From sequence record PQ400055.1: a DNA stretch of 64,000 bases; one strand, written 5' to 3'. The translations under genes and the position numbers were made by a program. Positions 10,639 through 18,973 of the stretch are shown one piece after another. The notes under the pieces were generated by a model that worked only from the letters and a program-made list of their open reading frames with translations, was not told where the DNA came from and did no database searches. The stretch comes from a phage. The first letter of the stretch is position 1. Each line of letters begins with the position of its first letter.

Positions 10639-10883
10639 TGGCGCATAGAAGCCCCTGAATCACATTTTGACGCTGTATGATGAAAACAGGTAGCGTACCA
10701 GTCATCGGCTTGTTTGTCTTCGTCAGAAAACGCGTAATTGCGTTGTATGCCGTTTTCTACTTTGACCAGTGCAATAGCTGTTTCTGGAAGATCAATCAAT
10801 CGGACAAAATCGCCATCTTCCCATTCTACACGAGCAATATCATAACCCATCTCAAAATAAACAATCGCTTGTTCTAATTTCAT
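10635..10883 (-). CDS. hypothetical protein
   Basis: 82 aa ORF convergent with t; no recognisable similarity. Confidence 0.45.
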   Translation of the reverse strand: MKLEQAIVYFEMGYDIARVEWEDGDFVRLIDLPETAIALVKVENGIQRNYAFSDEDKQADDWYATCFHHTASKCDSGASMRQ

Positions 10884-11212
10884 TCTGGAAACTTCCCGTA
10901 AATGTTCTCTGCTAACATACGCGCATCGCTAATGATATCTTTCATGCTATGACCGTAGTGTTCAGCCATTGAGTTGACACAATCAACAAAGAAATTATAA
11001 CGGCGACGGTTTAAGATTTCTTCTCTGCTATAGTTTTCATATTTGACGGTCGAGTGTGCTTTCTCGATTGCCTTGATTGCTATATTGACTTCATTGATAA
11101 TGGTTTTAGCATTGTATGCGCCACGACGGATCAGGATATTTGTCAATTCTCTTGCAATATCTTGCAATTCTTCATATTCATGTTCAAACATAATCAACCT
11201 CTCAAAATACAA
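10880..11212 (-). CDS. hypothetical protein
   Basis: 110 aa ORF, 4-nt overlap with downstream ORF; no recognisable similarity (not asiA by direct comparison). Confidence 0.5.
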   Translation of the reverse strand: MYFERLIMFEHEYEELQDIARELTNILIRRGAYNAKTIINEVNIAIKAIEKAHSTVKYENYSREEILNRRRYNFFVDCVNSMAEHYGHSMKDIISDARMLAENIYGKFPE

Positions 11213-11215
11213 TCC

Positions 11216-11548
11216 TTACAGATGAAAACCTGTTACGATCACCGCATCGATCTTACCGCTAGGAATAAACGGTTCGCCCTCTTTTATTTCAACTTTGAAT
11301 TGATGCCATTTCGCTAATACTTCTTCCGGTACACCCAGCGATTCGGCGTCTGCTTTAGTTTCATCCATAATCCAACTAGGCTGCATGAGAGCATAGTTTA
11401 CATAGTCCATTTCTGGGGTCATGTCATCAATGTTAATATATTTGCAGTTGACGCGTTTCAGAATTTCAAATTCTTTATTGTCAACCTGTACCATGTATAA
11501 TTCAGTAGTTTCTGGAATCAGTTCCCACACAATCAGTACATTTTTCAT
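11216..11548 (-). CDS. hypothetical protein
   Basis: 110 aa ORF in tightly packed minus-strand gene array. Confidence 0.5.
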   Translation of the reverse strand: MKNVLIVWELIPETTELYMVQVDNKEFEILKRVNCKYINIDDMTPEMDYVNYALMQPSWIMDETKADAESLGVPEEVLAKWHQFKVEIKEGEPFIPSGKIDAVIVTGFHL

Positions 11549-11556
11549 AGTTCACC

Positions 11557-11925
11557 TCACTTAACAAAGATTTTCTTTAATGCTTTCAAGATCGTTGCTT
11601 CCGGCGCTTCTTCCGGTGGAGGAAGCAATTCTACCACTTCCTCTTCCAACTCGATATAGTCTACCAGATATTCTACATAGAATGCAAGTGCTTCCATGAA
11701 ATTAGATGCTACATCCGATTCGCCACACGCGCCCACATGCATTGTATAAACATCACTGCGATCAAGTTTGTGGATGCTTCCCAGATAGTTCCGGTTATAC
11801 CAGACTTCCCACACTTTCAGCTTTCCGGTTTTGGTTGCTGTTTTATAATCGGTTTCGTAATGATGCAATTGACGTTGCAAATCATTGATAATAACACATT
11901 TTTCGTAATTGTTTTGAATTTCCAT
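11557..11925 (-). CDS. hypothetical protein
   Basis: 122 aa ORF with acidic C-terminal tail. Confidence 0.5.
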   Translation of the reverse strand: MEIQNNYEKCVIINDLQRQLHHYETDYKTATKTGKLKVWEVWYNRNYLGSIHKLDRSDVYTMHVGACGESDVASNFMEALAFYVEYLVDYIELEEEVVELLPPPEEAPEATILKALKKIFVK

Positions 11926-11935
11926 GATGTAATCC

Positions 11936-12127
11936 TCACTTATCGTTAAGAAGTTCTAAAACTTTCTGTCGTACTTTGTCAATATTAGTTGATTCAAAAA
12001 CTGTACGGTATCCCCAGCTTTGACCGTATGAGCGGTTGCAATCTCCATATCCCCATTGTTCAACCTGATAGTATTCAAGGAATGGATGCTGCCGAACTAT
12101 GATACCATCGCGATTAAAAATTACCAT
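11936..12127 (-). CDS. hypothetical protein
   Basis: 63 aa ORF; RBS gaggat upstream. Confidence 0.4.
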   Translation of the reverse strand: MVIFNRDGIIVRQHPFLEYYQVEQWGYGDCNRSYGQSWGYRTVFESTNIDKVRQKVLELLNDK

Positions 12128-12150
12128 AATATAATCCTCACGTCAACAAC

Positions 12151-12438
12151 TTATTTTCGGTTGTGGTCACGATATGTTTTAAAATATCCCTCGTACCACG
12201 GTAAAACATCTGGATTTTTACCACTATACAGACCTTTAACCATCATGTCAATAAGGCCATCTGGTGTTTGATAGTTTCCAGCTTTTATAAGCTCTCTGAT
12301 TAAAATCTCTCTGTATATGTCTTTCGGATCTTCGTAATCAACTTGTATTGTGGTTGTGGTCTCATTCAATTTGGTTTCTGGAGTATCTCGCATTGCATCC
12401 CACCAATCTTTTGTGACCTTCATGTTATTGAATTGCAT
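12151..12438 (-). CDS. hypothetical protein
   Basis: 95 aa ORF. Confidence 0.45.
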   Translation of the reverse strand: MQFNNMKVTKDWWDAMRDTPETKLNETTTTIQVDYEDPKDIYREILIRELIKAGNYQTPDGLIDMMVKGLYSGKNPDVLPWYEGYFKTYRDHNRK

Positions 12439-12449
12439 AATTTAACCTC

Positions 12450-13208
12450 TTACTTGCAAACGTATTGATCTACATCAATTGCGCCACCGAATGTGGGATG
12501 ACGTTTTTCAAATCGAATAGTTCCGTCGTTTGGTTCGAAAACGGAGTATTCATATAGATCTTTCTTGCCAACATTCTTATAAAACCCGCCTTTCGTCATA
12601 ACGGTTTCTTGTACGTTTGCTTTGTGTACGTTGTATTCATCAATGTATACAAAATCAACCATCTTCCCATTTTTAATGGTTACTTTAAGATCCCCTGGCT
12701 GGTTTCCATATTTTGCATACAGTGGAGCCTCTTTAATTTTTGTGGAAATTCCATCTTTCATACTCCACTCATAACGAACGGTGCATTGATAGGTAAAAGT
12801 TTCGACCTTCGGTTCTTCTACCACTTTTGCTTCCTGTTTCGGTTGTTCTTCTTCAACCTTCGCAGAAGTCTCTGAATCGCTTTCTGACGCGGTTTCTTCT
12901 TTAGGTAATACATTCATCAAGTTTTGGATTTGAGCGTTATATACAGCCTCCAGTGGCTGAATCTGCCCGATATTGATCATTGTATCACGAACAGTTTTAT
13001 TCCAGTTTCGTTGCTCTTGTTTCAGAGACGGATCAATCTTAACAGCCTTAACATACACCTCATGAAGTTTAGAGTCCAGTGCGGAGATAGACTCATTAGC
13101 ACAAATAAACTTCTCTGATTTGGTAGTAGCTTTAGCGCAATCAAAGGACGCAGCGTTAGCACCGAAAGCAGTAGCAGAAAGAACGATAGCAGCGATAATG
13201 TTTTTCAT
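12450..13208 (-). CDS. secreted protein with LprI/DUF1311-like (lysozyme-inhibitor-type) N-terminal domain
   Basis: 252 aa; signal peptide MKNIIAAIVLSATAFGANAAS; motif FDCAKATTKSEKFICANESISALDSKLHEVY...EQRNWNKTVRD fits the DUF1311 pattern; preceded by promoter cassette at 13237-13271. Confidence 0.6.
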   Translation of the reverse strand: MKNIIAAIVLSATAFGANAASFDCAKATTKSEKFICANESISALDSKLHEVYVKAVKIDPSLKQEQRNWNKTVRDTMINIGQIQPLEAVYNAQIQNLMNVLPKEETASESDSETSAKVEEEQPKQEAKVVEEPKVETFTYQCTVRYEWSMKDGISTKIKEAPLYAKYGNQPGDLKVTIKNGKMVDFVYIDEYNVHKANVQETVMTKGGFYKNVGKKDLYEYSVFEPNDGTIRFEKRHPTFGGAIDVDQYVCK

Positions 13209-13236
13209 AATATATTCCTCAGTGTTTTGTCTTGAT

Positions 13237-13271
13237 GGGAGTATCTTACTACTCCCTTAATCCGGTGTCAA
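13237..13271 (-). promoter_or_regulatory. sigma70-type early promoter cassette with palindrome around the -10
   Basis: Minus strand TTGACA-17-TAAGAT; inverted repeat GGGAGTA/TACTCCC brackets the -10. Confidence 0.6.
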
Positions 13272-13282
13272 CTACTTTTAAA

Positions 13283-13603
13283 TTATTTTCGCCATTCACC
13301 GGAAACAATAAAGTTTGTAAAGTGATCGTGGTCCATGATAACGTCATTAAGTACCATATGTGGATACACTTTAGTGATAATTTTACTAAGTACCATATGC
13401 GGATATGCTTTAGTGTAATCACGTTTACGATCAGTCATCCAGCCAACGAAAGTTGGTGCAAAGTACGGTACACCGTCAGACGATGCCATATTAAACCCTT
13501 TATCAACCATAAATGCAGCCGCCCTAAGATTTTTAATTGAAGTAGTGCGACTAATTTCAAAAACTTTATCGGTAAAATTCATTTTAAGCCCCCGCTCGTG
13601 CAT
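13283..13603 (-). CDS. hypothetical protein containing a 13-aa tandem duplication
   Basis: 106 aa ORF; in-frame 39-bp tandem repeat at 13348-13422 (KAYPHMVLSKIIT / KVYPHMVLNDVIM). Confidence 0.45.
   Translation of the reverse strand: MHERGLKMNFTDKVFEISRTTSIKNLRAAAFMVDKGFNMASSDGVPYFAPTFVGWMTDRKRDYTKAYPHMVLSKIITKVYPHMVLNDVIMDHDHFTNFIVSGEWRK
13348..13422. repeat. 39-bp tandem direct repeat (2 copies) inside a coding region
   Basis: taagtaccatatgtggatacactttagtgataattt / taagtaccatatgcggatatgctttagtgtaatcac. Confidence 0.6.
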
Positions 13604-13793
13604 TAATACGCATTTTCTGTATAGCCATGATCTGGTTTACTGCTTCTTCTTTACGTTCTTGCGTGATAATGTGACCAGATTCCGCAAACTCTCCAGCAAC
13701 TTCTTCTACGATCTCGCGAACTTGAGAACGTCCAAAGATGCGGTTTCCTTCGTAGCTCATAAACTCTGTTACTACTTGCTCGATAGATTTCAT
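13584..13793 (-). CDS. hypothetical protein
   Basis: 69 aa ORF preceded by promoter cassette and RBS aggag. Confidence 0.5.
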   Translation of the reverse strand: MKSIEQVVTEFMSYEGNRIFGRSQVREIVEEVAGEFAESGHIITQERKEEAVNQIMAIQKMRINARAGA

Positions 13794-13815
13794 GTGATTC
13801 TCCTTTCGTTTGGTA

Positions 13816-13850
13816 TGGGAGTATGTTACTACTCCCTTATCTTTACGTCA
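13816..13850 (-). promoter_or_regulatory. sigma70-type early promoter cassette with palindrome
   Basis: Minus strand TTGACG-17-TAACAT; GGGAGTAgtaacaTACTCCC; then conserved leader and AAGGAG. Confidence 0.6.
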
Positions 13851-13858
13851 ACTAGTTT

Positions 13859-14101
13859 TTAGAAATTTTTCGCTTCTTCTTCGGTCATCATAACCGCGCA
13901 TTCGTGCATAACTTTGAAAACCGGATCAATCATGTCGAATGCTTCGCGGGACAGTTTACGAGAAGCGATTTTGATTGCTTCTACGTCTTCTACTACAGGA
14001 ACAAAAACAGTTTTCAGTTCGTCGAGGACGGCAGCTTCTTTTTCATTCAGGAAGATCCCAGCGTCGTACAGTGCAACTTCGATAACATTAACTTTAACCA
14101 T
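13859..14101 (-). CDS. hypothetical protein (start moved to internal ATG)
   Basis: ORF track gives 13859..14164, but that start overlaps the -35 of a promoter cassette; internal ATG at 14101 has RBS ggagg. Confidence 0.5.
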   Translation of the reverse strand: MVKVNVIEVALYDAGIFLNEKEAAVLDELKTVFVPVVEDVEAIKIASRKLSREAFDMIDPVFKVMHECAVMMTEEEAKNF

Positions 14102-14128
14102 TTTTATTTCCTCCAGTTCGTTTCGGTA

Positions 14129-14165
14129 TGGGAGTATAATACTACCGATGACCTTTGGCGTCAAC
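14129..14165 (-). promoter_or_regulatory. sigma70-type early promoter cassette
   Basis: Minus strand TTGACG-18-TATTAT followed by ACTCCCATACC. Confidence 0.5.
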
Positions 14166-14365
14166 TAGTTTTTTGTTATTTTCGTGAAATTTTTCGTCGC
14201 CTCATGTGCTTTTCGCTGGGCTTCTTGTTGTGCTTGCTGGCGTGCTGCCTCTTGCGATGTCATAACAGACGCATTTGCAGCAGTTACAGCCGCGACCATC
14301 GCTGCGGTATTAGCATTTACCGTACATGCACTAGCCAGCAAAGCAATCGCAATCATTTTCTTCAT
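14165..14365 (-). CDS. small secreted protein
   Basis: 66 aa; N-terminal signal peptide MKKMIAIALLASACTVNA; Ala/Gln-rich mature part. Confidence 0.5.
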   Translation of the reverse strand: MKKMIAIALLASACTVNANTAAMVAAVTAANASVMTSQEAARQQAQQEAQRKAHEATKNFTKITKN

Positions 14366-14601
14366 AGTTTCCCCTTTAGGTTATCTTCGACCTTCACCCA
14401 TTCCGCGTATTCTTGCGCGGCTACTTTCGGATTTAAGCCGTCTTCGTACATTGCTTCAAGTAATTCTTCGTCGGTGGGCTTATACCCTAGATAAGCCTCC
14501 ACCTGATTTTTCCAAATTTTATACCAGTTCATATTATCACCAATCAAGAGCGCGTGTCTCTGCGTCTTCCCATGCTTGATCCATAACAGCCTTGAAAACA
14601 T
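14362..14601 (-). CDS. hypothetical protein
   Basis: 79 aa ORF; 4-nt overlap with downstream ORF. Confidence 0.45.
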   Translation of the reverse strand: MFSRLLWIKHGKTQRHALLIGDNMNWYKIWKNQVEAYLGYKPTDEELLEAMYEDGLNPKVAAQEYAEWVKVEDNLKGKL

Positions 14602-14808
14602 ATTCTAGAGTATCATCTTTAGAGAATCCGAAGACCTTAGACGGAATATCTTCAATTGCTACTCCCGCAACTTCTGCATTACGCGCTTGGCAATAATGCA
14701 ACTCTAAGTTATCGAGATAGCGACCGCCTAATTTCTCCATATCATCCCAGCATTTCCAGTAACCTACTTTATCTGCAATTGCCAACACTTTGCTGTTTTC
14801 GTTGTTCA
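14537..14808 (-). CDS. hypothetical protein (start moved to internal ATG)
   Basis: Internal ATG at 14808 preceded by ggagaatcaaag RBS and promoter cassette; track start 14872 lies inside the promoter. Confidence 0.5.
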
Positions 14809-14834
14809 TCTTTGATTCTCCTTTTGTTTGGTAT

Positions 14835-14869
14835 GGGTGTATTATGCAATGTTGGATTCTGTAAGTCAA
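14835..14869 (-). promoter_or_regulatory. sigma70-type early promoter cassette
   Basis: Minus strand TTGACT-17-CATAAT then ACACCCATACCAAAC...AAGGAG...ATG. Confidence 0.55.
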
Positions 14870-14882
14870 CAACTTTTTAAAA

Positions 14883-14910
14883 TAAAAAAGCCGACCACAA
14901 GGATCGGCTT
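14883..14910 (-). terminator. rho-independent terminator (minus strand)
   Basis: Minus-strand aagccga-tccttgtgg-tcggctt followed by ttttttatttt; same stem as the gene 35 terminator. Confidence 0.7.
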
Positions 14911-14919
14911 AATAATCAG

Positions 14920-15315
14920 TTACTTACTAAATTTCTTTTTGGCTTCGTCTACTGCATGAGATGCCAGCACCGCTGCCGCATGTGCACTTTTATCTGTGTT
15001 GCAGAGAACACCCAGATAAACATCACGCCAAAGTTTAATCATCTCGTAGATCATATCAATATCATTTTCTTGTTTGTTGGCGATGCTATTCGTCGTTATC
15101 TGGTAAGGCAACGGCTTGATCTGTACTGGTTCAGCCATCGGGCTAATCGGTTTCGGATCAGTCATAATAGGTGCTGTTGTTGGTGGTGTTTTCCATACAC
15201 CATTATTCCACGGTTTAATCGTTGTGTCGTAAAGTTTATAAGGATTTTTGTCTGGGTCAACCATCCATGCATGATGAGTACCCAAACCATTTGAAGTGAT
15301 GCGTCGTTCAGTCAT
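14920..15315 (-). CDS. hypothetical protein
   Basis: 131 aa ORF followed by a rho-independent terminator. Confidence 0.5.
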   Translation of the reverse strand: MTERRITSNGLGTHHAWMVDPDKNPYKLYDTTIKPWNNGVWKTPPTTAPIMTDPKPISPMAEPVQIKPLPYQITTNSIANKQENDIDMIYEMIKLWRDVYLGVLCNTDKSAHAAAVLASHAVDEAKKKFSK

Positions 15316-15318
15316 AAT

Positions 15319-15522
15319 TTATTTCCTCTCTGAAAATTCTTTCATCAAGCTGTCGATCTTTGCTCTGTGTTCTGGTGTGTTTGTCATCTCTGCTAATTTG
15401 CTCAGAGATTCAATAGTGATCCGGTTGGCTTCTTCCATAGTCTCAACGACCATTGGCACAATCTTTTTATTGTTGTACACAAATGCAATATAACCGCCTT
15501 CTGGATATTCTTTCATAATCAA
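15319..15522 (-). CDS. hypothetical protein
   Basis: 67 aa ORF directly downstream of gp52. Confidence 0.45.
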   Translation of the reverse strand: MIMKEYPEGGYIAFVYNNKKIVPMVVETMEEANRITIESLSKLAEMTNTPEHRAKIDSLMKEFSERK

Positions 15523-16865
15523 CCCTTCTTAAGTTCTTTAAGATCTTTCTTATATTCCTTCATTGCGGTCGTCTTTGTCCAATACTCATATTCACTATGA
15601 TGTTTATCGGCATCTTTGACCAGTCGATCATACTCTTCTTGAGTAACGCTATACAATGGCATAGAAACTAGCTTATCGGCGTATGGACGCAGTTTTTCAT
15701 GTCCATTGATGGATTGCATTACCTCGGCCTTTTTCTTGCCCTGTAGCTCGATTTCGCCCTTAATTACGCGGTCGATAAATTCGGCTTTAGCCATTGCATA
15801 ATTGTATGCTTCCAGCGTTTCCGCTTGCATCAATTCAATGCGTTTATCGACATACCCTAATCGGATTTCGACGAATCGACGGATCAGATCGCTCGCTTTC
15901 TCGAATACTTCTACTAAACCACGTTCATTAACCACTACGATATTCTGGGCTACTAACTGTGTTAGTTTAAAATCCTTCATGATTTGCTCATGTCGAGCGG
16001 ATTCATCTTCGCTTTTGAAATAATCGCGTTTCAGTGTTACTTCAAATCTGAATCCGTCCTTAGAGCAACGGTCATTATACGATACAATCAGATCTTTTTC
16101 TTCCAGTGCATCCAGTACCGCTACATATTCTTCACGGTCGAACTTATAAGGAACTTCTGATATTGTCAGTTTAGTCTTGCCGTTTAGTTCATATGTACCC
16201 TCAAGAATCACACCATCGCGATCATCTCGCGGGATAACTTTACCCGTGAATTTCGGGAATTGAACATTAGGTTCTTTATCCAGTTTTCCGGCAAGTGCTA
16301 GCTCTGTGCATTCAATAAGGCTTTCCAGTGAATGCGGTAAAATGTCAGTTTTATACCCTGAAGCAATACCACTAATACCATTAGCCAATACCATTGGCAC
16401 AACTGGCAAGTAGAACGCTGGCGGGATGTGTTCCAGATCTTCGTGCTTAGGTGCGCAATTCATATCTTTATAGATTTTAAAGAAGTTTTCATGCACACGA
16501 GCAAAGATATAACGTGCCGCTCCTGCTTTCTGGACTAAACGCGATCCGAAGTTACCTTGACCGTCAAGCAGTGGAGTATTATTGCTCCATGTATTCGCCA
16601 TGAGTGATCCGGCTTCTACGGCATTAGTTTCGCCGTGGTGATACCCCAACTCAGCGACACCAGATCCAATATCTGCCATCTTACGGAATTTCTTACGGTC
16701 GCCTTTACTCTTTTGCAAAGCACATTCCATAACAAAGCGTTGCACTGGTTTAAGCCCATCCACTAATTGAGGAATCCCGCGTTCCTCGGCAGAATAGATC
16801 GCATATTCCTTAGCTTCATTATGTACAATGCTTTCAAGGCTGCGGTAAGTAACTGATTTATTCAT
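15519..16865 (-). CDS. 52: DNA topoisomerase II medium subunit (gp52)
   Basis: GyrA-like motif GLKPVQRFVM as in T4 gp52 (GFKPVQRFVIA); about 448 aa from the ATG at 16865, which has RBS gaggtg (track start 16880). Confidence 0.88.
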   Translation of the reverse strand: MNKSVTYRSLESIVHNEAKEYAIYSAEERGIPQLVDGLKPVQRFVMECALQKSKGDRKKFRKMADIGSGVAELGYHHGETNAVEAGSLMANTWSNNTPLLDGQGNFGSRLVQKAGAARYIFARVHENFFKIYKDMNCAPKHEDLEHIPPAFYLPVVPMVLANGISGIASGYKTDILPHSLESLIECTELALAGKLDKEPNVQFPKFTGKVIPRDDRDGVILEGTYELNGKTKLTISEVPYKFDREEYVAVLDALEEKDLIVSYNDRCSKDGFRFEVTLKRDYFKSEDESARHEQIMKDFKLTQLVAQNIVVVNERGLVEVFEKASDLIRRFVEIRLGYVDKRIELMQAETLEAYNYAMAKAEFIDRVIKGEIELQGKKKAEVMQSINGHEKLRPYADKLVSMPLYSVTQEEYDRLVKDADKHHSEYEYWTKTTAMKEYKKDLKELKKG

Positions 16866-16872
16866 CTTCACC

Positions 16873-17235
16873 TCATACACGCTTACAAATCACATTCTTT
16901 ACTTTATCAGATTTATCAGCCCAATCCAATAGCCATTTTAACGGAAGGATTGACACAATAAACGGGGCAGCAATCAAAGCAAACATGATACACCTGATAA
17001 TCAGGAAAACGCAAGTGACAAAACTAGCGATAGTGATCCCGACAAAACAAAATACCATAGAAAACAGAGTAATGATATAGAAAGGCCAGAATACCCACTC
17101 CCGCATCTTAACGCCTTTGTATTCTCTGAATTGCTTAAAATCTACAAACAACTCTCGGATAGACGCGTACAGGACCGAAAAATCATCTTTCATTGCTCTG
17201 AATGAGCAATCTTCTATTTTAGAATGACCTAGCAT
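16873..17235 (-). CDS. hypothetical membrane protein
   Basis: 120 aa with multiple hydrophobic segments. Confidence 0.5.
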   Translation of the reverse strand: MLGHSKIEDCSFRAMKDDFSVLYASIRELFVDFKQFREYKGVKMREWVFWPFYIITLFSMVFCFVGITIASFVTCVFLIIRCIMFALIAAPFIVSILPLKWLLDWADKSDKVKNVICKRV

Positions 17236-17237
17236 TA

Positions 17238-17531
17238 TTAACCGCCTTTAACCATTGATACAGGAATTGTTTTCTGATTTGTGTATAAGTGGCCTACTTC
17301 AATTTTTTCTTGAATCACCACGACGTTACAATATCCACTGTCTTTAAGTTTTCTGATAATGACTCGCTTTTGTTCGTCGGTGATAGGATTGACTGTTCTC
17401 ACCAATTCACCGCAAATAATAGCACCATCTTTACAATTACCAGTAACTTTCATGCTACGACCGTGAACAACAACCACGTCACCGTAAATCACATTTTCGT
17501 CGTCGTATTTGGTAATAACCGTGACCGTCAT
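17238..17531 (-). CDS. hypothetical protein
   Basis: 97 aa ORF; RBS agaggg upstream. Confidence 0.5.
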   Translation of the reverse strand: MTVTVITKYDDENVIYGDVVVVHGRSMKVTGNCKDGAIICGELVRTVNPITDEQKRVIIRKLKDSGYCNVVVIQEKIEVGHLYTNQKTIPVSMVKGG

Positions 17532-17576
17532 AATATATTCCCTCTAAGAAAGGCCGCGCAAAGCGGCCTATGTTGA

Positions 17577-17903
17577 TTATTGTTCTACAGTATAACCGTT
17601 GTTTTCAAGCCATGCAATAACAATCTTTTCGCCAATTTCATCGAGCATTTCATCAGAGCCATATTCTTTGATGAAAGTCGATGGATCATTATTGCTTACT
17701 ACGTGCTGGATCACAACATGTTCAGGAATTGCGTCTAGTAGTTCGCTATGATCATACTCATTAACGATATCTTCAACACTAACATTATTAACCAAATCAA
17801 CATCATCCATAGTCACAGTAACGCGACCGGACGGACGCAATGAATATTGGCTACTTTCAACTTCAACATGTGCACTTTCGCAAGTAACTTTCATATCAAC
17901 CAT
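17577..17903 (-). CDS. hypothetical acidic protein
   Basis: 108 aa ORF; RBS agagg upstream. Confidence 0.5.
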   Translation of the reverse strand: MVDMKVTCESAHVEVESSQYSLRPSGRVTVTMDDVDLVNNVSVEDIVNEYDHSELLDAIPEHVVIQHVVSNNDPSTFIKEYGSDEMLDEIGEKIVIAWLENNGYTVEQ

Positions 17904-17917
17904 AATTAATTCCTCTG

Positions 17918-18920
17918 TTAGTAATGGCTAAAACCTTCGGTTACATCTTCAACCACATAGTAACGATGACAGCGCATTTTGGCATTCGCATAATCTTTCG
18001 GGATACTTACAACGTGACGCGGATCAACTTTACATTTAATGATTCGGCCTCGTCCACCGCCATAGTGCGGAATATAGTGTTTAGCTGCAACGTGGAGGCC
18101 ATTAGAGCAAGTGCGATCATCATCTGGGTCCACGTCTTTACGCTTCATTTTAACCGTGCGACCTGGGCTATTATCAAACGTATGCGTAAAGAAATCTTTA
18201 TAATCAACATCAACACGTTTCCATGCATAGAAACAACCATCTTCCACGATCTCAATGTCGTTGTGCTCTAAGAAGTCAAATAGACGATCTACGGCCTTAC
18301 GGCTAGGGTTTTTCTTGCACTTCTCAAAGAAGTTAAGATAGTGCGTATATGGCTTATTCTCTTTAATCGACTCCACAACTCGACGAGTCAGATTATTATC
18401 AAGAACAATATTATGATAATACACAATACCATTTTCGATACGGAAAGCGCCGTGATAATATACTTCAACCGCTTTCTTAATGTCAATCAGCGTAATAGCT
18501 TTGATGAAATCATTATGTTTAATCGCTTCCAGTGCTTCCTTAAAGTTAACATGTGATGGATCAGCAGTATAAACAATGTCACCACATGTAATAGTAATAA
18601 ACTTAGTTGAGGCTATGGCTACGATTTTTGAGGAAGTAGTTACGGGCTTTTTTTGCGCGTTCACCGCCTTTTCCTTTACTGGTTTTACGGCGTGCTTTAC
18701 GTTTTTCTAGTGCCTTGCGACCTTCCGCTACTGCGTCTTTCTGAATCAGTAATACACGGGAGGCAGTGCGACGAGATACACCAAATGCTGCCGCAAGTGC
18801 TTCGCGGGTAGTAAACTTACCTTCGCCCCACTGTTTAGCCAGTTTGATTTGTTTCGCAGAATCCAGACATTGAACGTTACGGTCAGAGACGGTGATTTTT
18901 GCTTTAGTCATAGTATTCAT
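17918..18920 (-). pseudogene. rIIB: rIIB split across two frames at an A7 run (frameshift mutation, homopolymer sequencing error, or recoding)
   Basis: N-terminal ORF 18603..18920 has the rIIB-like HTH (REALAAAFGVSRRTASRVL vs T4 QELADWQGVSVDTIRRVL); C-terminal ORF 17918..18664 matches T4 rIIB (RLFDFL..DIEI.EDG.FYAWK, FDN.PG..VKMKR.DVDPDD, DYA.AKMR); removing one A at 18648-18654 joins them as ...ERAKKPVTTSS..., ~333 aa. Confidence 0.8.
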
Positions 18921-18973
18921 TCCTCTATTAGTTGGGCGACTATTGCCGCCCGATTCACATCATTATACCAGAA

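Noticed and set aside
12142-12147. TTGACG-like hexamer on the minus strand upstream of 11936..12127
   Set aside because: Only ~15 nt from the start codon with no room for a -10 and leader; probably chance.
14165-14365. Lipoprotein lipobox in the 66-aa secreted protein (LLASAC)
   Set aside because: Position -3 is Ala rather than Leu/Val/Ile, so signal peptidase I cleavage is equally plausible; reported only as secreted.
13904-14494. 196-aa plus-strand ORF, and many other plus-strand ORFs between 10600 and 64000 (e.g. 46159..46671, 58829..59200)
   Set aside because: They lie antisense to tightly packed, well-supported minus-strand genes, lack RBSs and have low-complexity translations; treated as shadow ORFs.
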